A stretch of DNA of 64,000 nucleotides from Vulcanimicrobiota bacterium (GCA_050250895.1 JBFWNU010000004.1:699955-763954), one strand, 5' to 3'; shown: positions 19,239 to 29,044, numbered from the stretch's first letter. Notes: generated by a model from the sequence alone, not told the origin. Translations and numbers: made by a program.

Positions 19239-19449
19239 GCCTCCAGCTGGTCTGGTCGGGATACCTTCGCAGGCCTACCCTCCCTGGCCTTCCCATTTTC
19301 GGGGCAGAGTTTAATAAATATCAACATCTGAAACACAATCGCAACATTGGCGCCACCCCGCGGCCAACCTTTACCCTTTAGGATGGAGAGACAACCAGAT
19401 AGAAAAGCCCCGCGGGGGCACTCAACTCAACATCAAGGAGATACATATA

Positions 19450-19692
19450 ATGTCAGCTATCGGAGCCGTGAATAATAACAGACCTGAAGTGGCCGGATCC
19501 GGGGCCGCCGATCTCATCGCCGCCCTCCTCGACGGCCAGAACTCCCCTTCGGTGGATGCCGGCGGAGGAGGCGGTGGACCCGCCGCCGCCGGTGGAGCCT
19601 CTTCGTGCAAAGGCGGTTGCAAGGGCGGCAAGTGCGGCAAAGGCTGCAAATGTGGCTGCGGCGGACGCGGCTGCAAATGCTGCGGTAAGTAA
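19450..19692 (+). CDS. Small Cys/Gly/Lys-rich peptide (metallothionein-like)
   Basis: SD AAGGAG at 19435-19440, -10 TAGGAT at 19379-19384, downstream hairpin; 9 Cys in the last 28 aa. Confidence 0.8.
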   Translation: MSAIGAVNNNRPEVAGSGAADLIAALLDGQNSPSVDAGGGGGGPAAAGGASSCKGGCKGGKCGKGCKCGCGGRGCKCCGK

Positions 19693-19705
19693 TCCACGAC
19701 CAGCA

Positions 19706-19732
19706 GGAAGGGGGCTGGTGCGGCCCCCTTCC
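19706..19732 (+). terminator. Stem-loop after the Cys-rich peptide gene
   Basis: GGAAGGGGGC-N7-GCCCCCTTCC, a 10-bp perfect stem without a U-tract. Confidence 0.6.
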
Positions 19733-19756
19733 CCGATCCACGCGAGGGAGTAGTCT

Positions 19757-20662
19757 ATGAATCTCGGAGCATTTCGCGAAGCCTGGGGCATCGAGCCCGA
19801 ACCCACCAACCTGCGAGGTCTGTTAAGGATCACCAGAGCCTGGCTGGCCGGCAAAACGAGCCAGCCGAAGGTCGAAGAGTCGCTGCACGCGATGCTGCGT
19901 GTGATCGAGGCCGCTCAAGAAGAGACTCGACTCGAACTTCGCACCAGCAACTGGGGCCCCCACCTGGCCGGTCTGGTCGAACGACAACTGGAAGCCTACG
20001 CTCAGGTTCGGCGGGCCCTGGCGCGCCTGGGCGTGGCCCTGCGCGACCGAGCGGTGGTCCAGGAGGACCTGGAGTGCGTCGAACTTGGACTGGAAGCCCT
20101 CGAGTCCGTGAGTCTGACCATCGAGCGCGATCTGGCCGAGCCCCACTGCCCCAACTGCGGCCAACCTGGGTTTGACGTATGCAGCACTTGCAACCTCGAA
20201 GTGCTGATTCCGGTCCCCGACGACGCGCGCTTTAGCCCCTGCACCGAGGAAGTGGTACTAGGTCCCGAGTACCAGCGGGTCTTCCATCTCTATGAAGATG
20301 TCCTGGAAGGTCGGGTTCGTTTGACCCGGTTATTGAACTCGCTCGCCCCCCTCGAGAGCCGCCTACAAGAGAAAGCCAACATCTCTCGCATTTTGCTGCA
20401 CCAGGGCAAGGCCCTCGACGGCATGAGCCGGATCCCCGAACTGGTGGCCGAATCTCTTGACGGTCTCGACCAGATGCGTGAAGCCGGCGAGAGTCGCGAG
20501 ATGCTCGATCTGGCCCAGGGCTGGGATCGGGTCTTTCGGGCCGCCCTCGAACTCAACGACGTCATGGCTGGCATCGCTCGGGCTGCCGGTCGGGCTCCCG
20601 CCACGCCCCCGCGACGCACCCAGCTGGCCACCGACAGTGTAGTGCTCAGCAACGAGCGCTAG
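19757..20662 (+). CDS. Hypothetical helical protein with central zinc ribbon
   Basis: CPNCG...CSTC between two helical halves; SD GGAG. Confidence 0.7.
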   Translation: MNLGAFREAWGIEPEPTNLRGLLRITRAWLAGKTSQPKVEESLHAMLRVIEAAQEETRLELRTSNWGPHLAGLVERQLEAYAQVRRALARLGVALRDRAVVQEDLECVELGLEALESVSLTIERDLAEPHCPNCGQPGFDVCSTCNLEVLIPVPDDARFSPCTEEVVLGPEYQRVFHLYEDVLEGRVRLTRLLNSLAPLESRLQEKANISRILLHQGKALDGMSRIPELVAESLDGLDQMREAGESREMLDLAQGWDRVFRAALELNDVMAGIARAAGRAPATPPRRTQLATDSVVLSNER

Positions 20663-21912
20663 AGAGCCAGGGCCGAGCGGTCGATCTGGTCGAGGCTAGC
20701 ACAGCCGGCCAGGGCCATGGTGAGTTCGAAGTCAGCCTGGAAGTTCTCGAGCAGTTCGCGCACCCCGGCCTCGCCGGCCACCGCCAGGGCATAGACGAAG
20801 GGGCGGCCCAATCCCACGGCCGTTGCCCCCAGCGCCAACGCTTTGAAGATGTCGGCTCCCCCTCGGATGCCGCTGTCGAAAAAGATGGGCACCCGACCGT
20901 CGACGGCGCTGGCCACTTCGGCCAGCGCCATCAGCGAAGCCAGAGCCCCGTCGACCTGGCGACCGCCGTGATTGGAAACATAAATGCCGTCAACTCCGAC
21001 CTCCAGCGCCTGGCGGGCGTCGTCGGCGGCCAGAATGCCTTTGAGCACCAGCGGTAGTCGGGTCATCTCACGCAGCCTCGACAGGTCGTCCCAATTGAGA
21101 CTGGCTCGGGTATAGATCTCGATGAACTTTCGCACCGCGCGCAAGGCCCTTCGCGAGCGCAGATTGTCGAGCAGGCCGCCGGGAAGGCGGTGGCTCTGTT
21201 GCACCAGCAAGGCCAGGCTCGAGAGGGTGATGGGACCGGCCGGAGGCTCGGCCTCGCTGTCCTCGACCAGAGCCTGAAAGACCGGGTCCGAGGTATATTG
21301 GGCGATTCCTTTACCTTGCAAGAAAGGCAGGCTGGCCCGGTCCAGATCGCGCACCCTCCAGCCCAGCATGGTGGTGTCGAGCGTCACCACGATGGCGCTG
21401 CAACCACAGTTCTCGGCTCGGGCCACGAGGCTCTTGATCAGCTCGTCGGATTGGCTGGGATAAAGCTGAAACCAGCGCGGACAGCCCATCAAAGCGGCGC
21501 ACTCTTCCATCGGAGTCGATGCCTGGTTGGAGAAGATCATGGGAATCCCCAGGCCGGCCGCTGCTCGCGCTGCGGCTCGATCAGCCTGGCGATGGGCCAG
21601 TTCCAGCACGCCCACCGGCGCCAGAAAGAACGGCGCGGGAACGGTTCCGCCAAAGACCTGGCGGCGCATATTTCGGCGGGACACATCCCGCAGCATGCGG
21701 GGCACGATGGCCACCTGCTCGAAGGCCCTTCGGTTGGCGGCCATGGTGGTCTCGAGGCCGGCCCCCCCGGCCACGTAGCTGTAGCCCGTGTCGCCCATGG
21801 CCCGGGCGGCCAGGCGCTCGAGAGCCCCGAGGTCAGTGGGCACGCTCGGGCGAAACCCTTTAGAACCTTCCACATAAAGGTGGCGCTGACGCGAGGGTGC
21901 GGGAGTCTTCAT
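20659..21912 (-). CDS. FMN-dependent alpha-hydroxy acid oxidase (lactate 2-monooxygenase-like)
   Basis: YVAGGAG, PRMLRDVS, WFQLY, VLKGI, VSNHGGRQVDG, DSGIRGG and GRP motifs. Confidence 0.95.
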   Translation of the reverse strand: MKTPAPSRQRHLYVEGSKGFRPSVPTDLGALERLAARAMGDTGYSYVAGGAGLETTMAANRRAFEQVAIVPRMLRDVSRRNMRRQVFGGTVPAPFFLAPVGVLELAHRQADRAAARAAAGLGIPMIFSNQASTPMEECAALMGCPRWFQLYPSQSDELIKSLVARAENCGCSAIVVTLDTTMLGWRVRDLDRASLPFLQGKGIAQYTSDPVFQALVEDSEAEPPAGPITLSSLALLVQQSHRLPGGLLDNLRSRRALRAVRKFIEIYTRASLNWDDLSRLREMTRLPLVLKGILAADDARQALEVGVDGIYVSNHGGRQVDGALASLMALAEVASAVDGRVPIFFDSGIRGGADIFKALALGATAVGLGRPFVYALAVAGEAGVRELLENFQADFELTMALAGCASLDQIDRSALAL

Positions 21913-23153
21913 AGACTGGCCAAGACCAGTTCGGCCACCCGGTCGGCCGCTTCAGGGTGGCCATGCTGGCGGGCCGCCTCGGTCATGCGCTGGGCCTCGT
22001 GGGGCCGATCCAACAGGTTGCCGACCGTTTGCCCCAGGTGATGGGCATCTTCAATGGCCAGGGCCGCTCCGGTGGCCACCACCCGGTCGACCATGTGCGC
22101 TTCGAGCCCGGACAGGGCATCCTTGAGCAGCATCGGCCGGCCGCGGGCCAGCACCTCCGAGGTCGACAGTCCACCCGGCTTGGAAACCACCAGGTCGGCG
22201 GCGTCGGTCCAATCGGGCATGTTCGAAACAAATCCCTCGACCCGCAGCGGATGCCGCGTCTGGCGAGCAGCCAGGCTGGCCCGGGCCTCTTCGTTGCGAC
22301 CGGTGATGACGGCCATCTGAAAGTCCTGGGGAAGAGCATCGAGGGCGTCGATCGTCTCGTCAAAATTGGCATACCCCAGCGAACCGCCCATCATCAGCAC
22401 CATTGGCTTGTCGGGCTCGAGGCCGAGACTCTGGCGGGCCTGCGGGCTGGTCTGGGCAGGGCGGGCGAAGTCCGGCCGAATGGGAATGCCGGTCACCCTA
22501 ACTCGCTCTGGTTGGATGCCGAACTTTACCAGGTCGGCTTTGACCCCGTCGCTGGCGACGTAGAACCGCTCGATCTGGCTCTGGGCCCACATCTGGTGGG
22601 CGCCGAAGTCGGTGACCACACTCTGGACCGGCGTGTCGATGGTGCCGTCGGCCCGCCACTGCGAGAGCAGCGAGTTGGTAGGCGACATGGTCGAGATGAT
22701 CAGGTCGGGCTTCTCCTGGTGGATACGACTCAGAAAAGCCGAGTTGAACAGGCCGTCGACGCGCACGGCGGCGTTCTGCAGCAGCTTCAGAGCCAGGTTG
22801 CCCTTGAGGTTTTGCTCGAAACCCCAGGTGCGCACCCAGTTGACCAGCTGGCCGCCCTCGAGCGCATTCTCGGCGGCCGTGCCGGTGGGAAAGGGGCTGG
22901 TGGAAGACTCGGAAATATTGATAACCTCGGTCTCGACCCCGGGGTGGCGATCGAGAGCCGCCTTGAGGGCGTTGGCTGCCGAGGCGTGGCCTCCGGTAAA
23001 AGAGGCATGCACCAGCCAGATCTTCTTGGGGTAACTTGAAGAACTCGCCTTCGGCTGGGGTCGGGTGGATTCATCGGCCGCAGGGCGAAGGGGGGCCGCG
23101 GCAGGCTTTCGATAGAGCGGCGAGGGTCGATTGTCGTTAGCTACGATGCGCAT
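21909..23153 (-). CDS. GT28 MGDG-synthase/UgtP-like glycosyltransferase with N-terminal extension
   Basis: GGHASAA, VVTDF, TGIPIRPDF, MGGSLG, GRN and ADLVVSKPGGLS motifs. Confidence 0.9.
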   Translation of the reverse strand: MRIVANDNRPSPLYRKPAAAPLRPAADESTRPQPKASSSSYPKKIWLVHASFTGGHASAANALKAALDRHPGVETEVINISESSTSPFPTGTAAENALEGGQLVNWVRTWGFEQNLKGNLALKLLQNAAVRVDGLFNSAFLSRIHQEKPDLIISTMSPTNSLLSQWRADGTIDTPVQSVVTDFGAHQMWAQSQIERFYVASDGVKADLVKFGIQPERVRVTGIPIRPDFARPAQTSPQARQSLGLEPDKPMVLMMGGSLGYANFDETIDALDALPQDFQMAVITGRNEEARASLAARQTRHPLRVEGFVSNMPDWTDAADLVVSKPGGLSTSEVLARGRPMLLKDALSGLEAHMVDRVVATGAALAIEDAHHLGQTVGNLLDRPHEAQRMTEAARQHGHPEAADRVAELVLASL

Positions 23154-23158
23154 CCATC

Positions 23159-23842
23159 TCAGTATGACGTCGTGACCTTAAAGGATGTTGAAGCCGTTGA
23201 GGCCGCCCTCTGCCGCACCAGGAGCAGAGCCTGGTCGATGCGGTGGGAGCGTCCGTCCAGGTGCTGGCTGGCCTGTTCGAGAGCCCGCCACTCGGCTGGG
23301 CTGTCGGCGGCCAGGGTGGCCCGCACCAGCAAGCGAGCGACGGCGAAGGCGTAGAGTTCGTCCTGGCCGAGCAAGGGCACCAGGTCCTCCAAGAGGATGA
23401 GACAGAAGACGGTGTCGCACCGGGCGGCGAGCTCGACATGCGAACGCGCCATCATCTGGTGCAGCGAGGTGCGCTGGCGAAAGCCAGGCAGTTCTTGCAT
23501 CAAGAGAGCGAAAAGACGCCCCACGGCCGGATCGGCACACTGGCTGGAGGTGTGAGCCAGGGCCCGGGCAGCCGCCTCGCTCAGGCGCGCCATTTCGTGC
23601 CACTCGGCCACTCGGGCGGCGCGCGCCAGGGCTTGTCGGGCCACCTGATAGTCTCCGGCCGCGATGGCGTTGACCAGAGCCAGCACGTAAATCAGGCGAA
23701 CCTCTTTATTGCTGTCAAAGTCAGAGAAGCCGGCCAGCTGGTCGGCCAGAGTCAGACAGCGGCGGGCGCTGGCGGTGGCCGTTCGAGCCAGGATTGCATT
23801 GGCGGCTTTGGTGCCGTGTTTCGGAAAGATCCCACACCACAT
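23159..23842 (-). CDS. Hypothetical helical protein
   Basis: Ala/Leu-rich open frame; ATG 23842 preceded 6 nt by TATGCT. Confidence 0.55.
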   Translation of the reverse strand: MWCGIFPKHGTKAANAILARTATASARRCLTLADQLAGFSDFDSNKEVRLIYVLALVNAIAAGDYQVARQALARAARVAEWHEMARLSEAAARALAHTSSQCADPAVGRLFALLMQELPGFRQRTSLHQMMARSHVELAARCDTVFCLILLEDLVPLLGQDELYAFAVARLLVRATLAADSPAEWRALEQASQHLDGRSHRIDQALLLVRQRAASTASTSFKVTTSY

Positions 23843-23903
23843 GCTAAGAGCATAAGAAAATTCGGGGTTTCCTTCCGTGCGGTGGCTCACACCGTGCGCT
23901 GGC

Positions 23904-25832
23904 TCACAACTCGAAAGGCATTTCTCGCGTCTCGACAAACCGGTCTTGATCGTCATAGACCAGCACCCGCAACTGATGCTTACCAGGCTTGACCGCGGCC
24001 AGCGGCAGCTTCCAGGCGCCGGGTTGGTCACAGGCCAACACCACCGCTCCGTCCAGCTTGAAATAGACCCTGGGATGCTCCACATAGGTCCTGATCTGGG
24101 CCTCGATGGTATCCTCGGCAGCCAATTTCTGCCCCTTTCGGAGCGGTTCGGCACGCACCGGCGAGACGGTCTGGCCAGCCCCCAGGAAATAGGGGGAAGA
24201 GGTGACCTGTCGATAGGCCTTGCGCAGCTCGGGCGGTGAACTCAACAGATAGTTGTTGAGCTTGCGCCCATAGCGGGCGTGAACCATGTTGTCGCAGTCA
24301 TACCAGTTGACCATTTTCACTCGGGGATAGCGGGTGGGCAGAGCCGAGTAGAGTTGGCCCAGCTTGGTCATGGCGAAGTCCTGGCGCGGTTCGCTGTCGA
24401 GCTTAGAGAACTGGGTGGCGGCGAACTCGCCGATGGCGATCGGCTTGCGCTGGCTATAGGTGCGATAGACATAATCCAACAGGTCGGTGGGGTGGATGTG
24501 TTCACCGGGACGAGAGCGCTCGTTGTCAAGGTAGAGCACACTGTAGAAGTTGACGCCAACCCAGTCGGTGGCGTCATCGCCTGGATAGTAGTCGTCGATG
24601 CCGGTTTGGGGGACGGTGTTTGGGCACCAGATAAGAGCGACCCTGGGGGCTTGACGAAAGGCCTGAAAAACGAGTCGAAAAGCCTGCCGATAAGCTTTGG
24701 GATCGCCGTGATAACCGGTCCAGTCGCCATTCATCTCGCCGGCAAAGCGAATGAAGATGGGGCAGTCGGCCGCTTTGGCCGCGGCCACGAAATCGTGCAG
24801 ATACTGGTCGTCTTTGACCTGGTCGAGGGAAGACGGCTCCCAGGCGATATGAGCAATAGCGTTCTGGCTCTTGAGGTATTCCACCCACTGGCTGGGAAAG
24901 GGCGCCCCGTAGGCGCGATACATGAAGAAGCTGGCGTGGGAGCGGCCCATCAGCTGGTTGAAGTCTTCCACCTTGCCATGGGTCTGGCTCTCGAAAGTCT
25001 GCTGCCCGATATTGTCGTCACGGTCGATGAAGGCCCCGATGTAGCAGCCCTGAGGCGGCTCGAGTCGAGCCAGCCTTGCGGCTTTGGGGGCCAGGCGTCG
25101 ATGAGCGAAGAGTTCAATCTCGGTGCGATATTGCCGGGCTTTGGCCAGTTCGACCAGGGCCGCGTTGGCATCACCACTCCGCTCATAGATAGCGGCCTCG
25201 CGCTGATAAGCCTCGGCGGCCAGCGGGAAAGCCTCGGCCTTGACCGCCGCTTCGGCCAGCACGCGCCAGTCGGCTGCCATTTGCGAGCCTTCAGCCTGGG
25301 CTCGCAGGCCCTCGAGGGCGGGCGTGAGGAGGGCCCGCTGGGTGGCCGGTCCGGGTGGCTGCAGGGGCAGGTTCGAGATGGGACCGGCCGGGCGGGCCAC
25401 GGCGAAGGCCAGGTTCTCGAGCGGCTTACCGTCGAGCCACAGTCGCAGCTGGTGCGGGCCCGGTTCAAAGCCTTTCTCCGGGGCCTCCAGCAACAGACTT
25501 CCGCGTTCGGTAGGCTCGATGCCGGTCGACTCGGCCCCCTCCCCCACCTCGACCCGCAGGGTAGCCGCCGGACCGGCGTAACGATAGCGCAGGTAGAACT
25601 CCTGGGGCGAGGCTGAAAATTCGGTGACCGCCGGGCCATCGGGGCTCAGACCCAGGTCGGCCTCGAAGGCAATGGGGGCCGGAATTGGACTGGAAGGATG
25701 CTCGGGCGGGCCGGTCACCGTAAGGGTCGAAGCGGTCCTGGCGGGGCGGGGCGCAGGCAACGGCTCGCGCTCGGGGGGGCGGCTGTGGCCGCAACCCACC
25801 AGCAACACCAGCACCCAGCAGACGAACCTAAT
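23904..25832 (-). CDS. GH26 glycoside hydrolase lipoprotein
   Basis: Lipobox LVGC; IAWEP, IRFAGEMNGDW, YYPGDDATDWVG and KPIAIGEF motifs. Start is ATT 25832 or GTG 25814. Confidence 0.85.
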   Translation of the reverse strand: MRFVCWVLVLLVGCGHSRPPEREPLPAPRPARTASTLTVTGPPEHPSSPIPAPIAFEADLGLSPDGPAVTEFSASPQEFYLRYRYAGPAATLRVEVGEGAESTGIEPTERGSLLLEAPEKGFEPGPHQLRLWLDGKPLENLAFAVARPAGPISNLPLQPPGPATQRALLTPALEGLRAQAEGSQMAADWRVLAEAAVKAEAFPLAAEAYQREAAIYERSGDANAALVELAKARQYRTEIELFAHRRLAPKAARLARLEPPQGCYIGAFIDRDDNIGQQTFESQTHGKVEDFNQLMGRSHASFFMYRAYGAPFPSQWVEYLKSQNAIAHIAWEPSSLDQVKDDQYLHDFVAAAKAADCPIFIRFAGEMNGDWTGYHGDPKAYRQAFRLVFQAFRQAPRVALIWCPNTVPQTGIDDYYPGDDATDWVGVNFYSVLYLDNERSRPGEHIHPTDLLDYVYRTYSQRKPIAIGEFAATQFSKLDSEPRQDFAMTKLGQLYSALPTRYPRVKMVNWYDCDNMVHARYGRKLNNYLLSSPPELRKAYRQVTSSPYFLGAGQTVSPVRAEPLRKGQKLAAEDTIEAQIRTYVEHPRVYFKLDGAVVLACDQPGAWKLPLAAVKPGKHQLRVLVYDDQDRFVETREMPFEL

Positions 25833-26709
25833 GGAGGCGGAGCCTCACCTTGAGTTTGGGCGAAACTTCGAACGAATGGTCTTGATTGCCAGAGAACTCG
25901 GGTCCCACGATCGTTGAAATTGTACCTCTGCGGCCGAAAGCCTCCACCTCGAAGTCGCGACGGACCCCCACCAGAGCGTTGTAGTACAGACCGCCTTCGC
26001 CCTGGTCCAGGTTGTGCCGGTAACCCTGACGCCCTTCGAGATGCCAGGCGAGGGGTTGATTCCAGAACTGGAAGTCGCCACCGGTGACCTCCTGGCGAAA
26101 GTAAGCGCCCACCTCGGTCCCCCGCTCGAGGAACTCGTGGTTGGTGCCGGCCACAAACTCGAACTCGCCGTGCATGTCGCGCCCCACCGGGCCTTCCCAG
26201 CGCTTGAAGGCTTCGAATCCCAGATTGACGCGGGAGTCATCGTAAGTGCGGAAGTCACCCAACAGCTTGCCGCGCAGGCCCTGGGTGGCCGTCCAGCCGT
26301 CGCCCAGGTCGGTGGTCCGGGCCAGCGAGGTTTCCATCAGCTCGCCTTTGAGCCTCAGGCCGGGAACGCCGTGGGCCAGCTTGGGGCTGAGATCGACGTC
26401 GACAGGTTCAAAACGCAGCGTGTAATCTCCCAGGCCCACCTCGTGGCGCTCGAACAGGGTCGAGGTCTCGGGGGCCGCCTGGCTTAAATGGGAGTCGAGA
26501 TCGGCCGCGTGGGCCATCTGCGGGGCCAGCGTCAGCGCCGCCACGGCCATCAGGCCGACCAGCCCTTTCGAAGTGTGCCCAGCCTGGGGCTTAGCCTCGG
26601 AAGGGGTGTACAGGTCTTGAGGCTCGTCGAAAGAGGCCTCGGGAGCAGCTCGTCCTGCGGTCGGCGGAGCGCTACGTGAAATGAAAAGGCTCGAGCTAAT
26701 GGTGGACAT
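25828..26709 (-). CDS. Hypothetical beta-strand-rich (possible outer-membrane) protein
   Basis: Internal signal-peptide-like segment ending AHA, followed by alternating amphipathic strands. Confidence 0.6.
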   Translation of the reverse strand: MSTISSSLFISRSAPPTAGRAAPEASFDEPQDLYTPSEAKPQAGHTSKGLVGLMAVAALTLAPQMAHAADLDSHLSQAAPETSTLFERHEVGLGDYTLRFEPVDVDLSPKLAHGVPGLRLKGELMETSLARTTDLGDGWTATQGLRGKLLGDFRTYDDSRVNLGFEAFKRWEGPVGRDMHGEFEFVAGTNHEFLERGTEVGAYFRQEVTGGDFQFWNQPLAWHLEGRQGYRHNLDQGEGGLYYNALVGVRRDFEVEAFGRRGTISTIVGPEFSGNQDHSFEVSPKLKVRLRLH

Positions 26710-26743
26710 AGCTCGAGCCTAAACGAGGATCGTTAAAGATCCA

Positions 26744-27466
26744 TTACACGCCCCATTGCTTCCACGGCTGGCTCTGAGCGTGGGCCATGATCTTGGGTGG
26801 ATACGATGACCCGCCATTGTAGCGCTTGAGAGCAGCCTCCCAAGAACCGGTCTTGTCATAGAGGCTCTTGAGCAGGTTGGCGCCGTAGTCGATGTTCTTG
26901 ACCGGGTCCCACACCTCGTTGGTGCGAGCAAACTGGTGGAAGCGGTCGTCAATTTGCATGATGCCTTTGCCGTGCTGGCCGTCAAAGGACTTGGCGTCGG
27001 CCCGCCAACCGCTCTCCTGGTAAGCTACGGCTTTGAGGATGTTAGGCGGAATGCCATATTTGGAGGCGGCCGCGTCGAGCATCTGACCGACCTGCTGCTT
27101 GTTGGGATTGGGGCCAAAGCTCGGGATCGTGGCGTTAGGGTTGGCCGCCGCCGCGCCCTGGGTAGCACCGCCACCGCCACCGCCAGAGCCCAGGAAGTTA
27201 TTGGCTGCGTTGTTCATTCCGAAGGCTGGAGAGCCGACTCCGCCGCCCCCGCCGCCAAAGCCGGGACTCTGGCCGGGCGAAAACATTCCGTTGCCCTCGC
27301 CACCCATCAGTCGGCCCAAGAGGCCGCCGGTCAATAGGCCCATCAGCAGGCCCATGACCATCCCGAGGATGTTCTGGATGCCGCCGAAGAGTCCCCCGAA
27401 TATACCACCCGCGCCCTGGGCCCCGAAGAGACCGCCGCCGGGATTGTTGCCACCGATGAAGTTCAT
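26744..27466 (-). CDS. Lytic transglycosylase (SLT domain) with Gly-rich N-terminus
   Basis: AVAYQESG (catalytic Glu), GIMQI, NIDYGA and RYNGG motifs; SD GGAGG. Confidence 0.9.
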   Translation of the reverse strand: MNFIGGNNPGGGLFGAQGAGGIFGGLFGGIQNILGMVMGLLMGLLTGGLLGRLMGGEGNGMFSPGQSPGFGGGGGGVGSPAFGMNNAANNFLGSGGGGGGATQGAAAANPNATIPSFGPNPNKQQVGQMLDAAASKYGIPPNILKAVAYQESGWRADAKSFDGQHGKGIMQIDDRFHQFARTNEVWDPVKNIDYGANLLKSLYDKTGSWEAALKRYNGGSSYPPKIMAHAQSQPWKQWGV

Positions 27467-27546
27467 TGGTGAACCTCCGTCTTTTTACGATTTTACTCAG
27501 CTTAAAAGACAGAGGTTGTCTGGGACCTGGACAGGACCCAGGAATG

Positions 27547-27561
27547 TTAACTTTCGGTAAA
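27547..27561 (-). promoter_or_regulatory. Operator TTTAC-N5-GTTAA upstream of the SLT gene
   Basis: Sense strand TTTACCGAAAGTTAA; -10 TAAGCT (27504-27499) exactly 42 nt downstream. Confidence 0.65.
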
Positions 27562-27562
27562 C

Positions 27563-28636
27563 TTACTGGCCCAGGATCTGCTGCAACGCGAGGGTGTCGG
27601 GGTGCTCGGGATCGATGTTGCGAGCGGCGGCCAGGCAACCAAGGGCGTCTTCGGTCTGGGAGCGGTCGATGTAGAGGTGAGCCGCCTTGAGGTAGGCCTG
27701 TAGCGCCGCACCGGCGTCCTTTCGCGCCTCTTCCACCTCGCCCAGAACCTTCCAATAGGGAGCTCGGTCAGGAGCCATGGCTAGAGCCTTGCGCAACTGG
27801 GAACGAGCCACCAGTAGATTGCCCTGGCGGAACAAACGCTGACCCTGGAGAAAATGCTGATAAGCCTTGGCATATTGATTGGAAAGCTCGTCAGTGTCGA
27901 CGGGTGCGCCTTTGGTGTATACGGCTACCAGATTGGTCAGGCGCCGCCGGGGGTGAGCCAGGACCTGACCCTGACAGTACAGGGCGGTGGAACTGCCGCC
28001 ATCGAGATTGATCGCCTCATACGAGCCGAGAGCCTGCATGATCCGTGCCAGTTCATTCAGACTGACCCCCTCGCCGGTGGTGACCAACAACATCTTATGG
28101 TCTTTGGTCAATCCCATGGCGGCCCGCTGGCGGCGCCCAAAAAGACCCGGATCGCTGAAGCCTTCGCCGCGCGGCTCGACCCAGATCTGGCCGTCGTCGA
28201 TCAGAGTCGGGCCTCCCGATACCGCAAACTGGACTCCGGCCCAATCGAGGTGGCGTCCCAGTTTGCCCTTGAGCGAGCGCAGTTCGGCCTTGCCCTCATC
28301 GTCAATGGTAATGACGCTGCCTACTGACCCTTCGGTCAACAAGCGGCCGTCTGCCACCACATTGCCCACTACGATGTTGGTGCCGGTGTCGAAGAAAGTC
28401 CCGGTAATAGCCGCCGCCGGCCGGGTTCGGGCTAACATCGACTTGAAGTCGAGGGCCTGGCCCCGCGGGGCCATCACCGGACGGATGCTGACCTCAGGAG
28501 AATCCAGGTCGATGGTTACCACGTGGAGGGGAACCCCCCTCACCGCCAACTTTTTGTGTTCGACCTGAGCCCACCCGTTGCTCGAGCAAAACAAAACAGT
28601 AGCCAATACGAAAGAAACAAACCTCAAGACACCCAT
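27563..28636 (-). CDS. Phosphodiester glycosidase (NAGPA-like) family protein with C-terminal TPR
   Basis: Signal peptide; AITGTFF, GGPTLI, RAAMG and AINLDGGSST motifs; TPR helices. Confidence 0.85.
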   Translation of the reverse strand: MGVLRFVSFVLATVLFCSSNGWAQVEHKKLAVRGVPLHVVTIDLDSPEVSIRPVMAPRGQALDFKSMLARTRPAAAITGTFFDTGTNIVVGNVVADGRLLTEGSVGSVITIDDEGKAELRSLKGKLGRHLDWAGVQFAVSGGPTLIDDGQIWVEPRGEGFSDPGLFGRRQRAAMGLTKDHKMLLVTTGEGVSLNELARIMQALGSYEAINLDGGSSTALYCQGQVLAHPRRRLTNLVAVYTKGAPVDTDELSNQYAKAYQHFLQGQRLFRQGNLLVARSQLRKALAMAPDRAPYWKVLGEVEEARKDAGAALQAYLKAAHLYIDRSQTEDALGCLAAARNIDPEHPDTLALQQILGQ

Positions 28637-28708
28637 CTTGAAGCTTTCTGTAAAATCTAGCGCTTCCCTGGCGTCCCAAAAGGACGAGAGGCGAACAAAC
28701 GCTCTCGT

Positions 28709-29044
28709 TTACTCGTTGGTGGCGCCTACCGAGTCCAGCCGGAACTCGGCTGGCGGACGCACCGGAAGCTCGACCGGTGGCCGGTAGAAGAGTCCCGCCG
28801 GCGCATGGGTCTGTAAGACCACGGCCGCCGGCATTTCCCCCACCGGCCCAGGACCCACCAGGCCGAACACATAGTCACGAAAGGCGGGGTCCTGTTGCTT
28901 GGCCCAGCTTCTGAGCCGCTCGGCGTGTTCGGCCGGGGGCGGGGGTTGGTCGGTGGCGGTGGTCGGCCGCAACTCAGGGGTGTAGAGAGGCCGCGACAGA
29001 GGCTTCTTGACCAATCCGTGAGTGCCGACCGAGTTCGTTTCCAT
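28709..29044 (-). CDS. Small hypothetical protein
   Basis: 111 aa; leaderless ATG 6 nt after TATACT. Confidence 0.55.
   Translation of the reverse strand: METNSVGTHGLVKKPLSRPLYTPELRPTTATDQPPPPAEHAERLRSWAKQQDPAFRDYVFGLVGPGPVGEMPAAVVLQTHAPAGLFYRPPVELPVRPPAEFRLDSVGATNE

Noticed and set aside
19305-19345. Another copy of the shared operator upstream of the Cys-rich peptide
   Set aside because: It is AT-rich with roughly 10-bp-spaced AAC motifs, but matches the consensus poorly and is not at the 42-nt spacing.
19450-20662. Complete RiPP cluster around the Cys-rich peptide
   Set aside because: No radical SAM, YcaO, LanM, DUF692 or peptidase-transporter gene is adjacent; kept only as an alternative in the finding.
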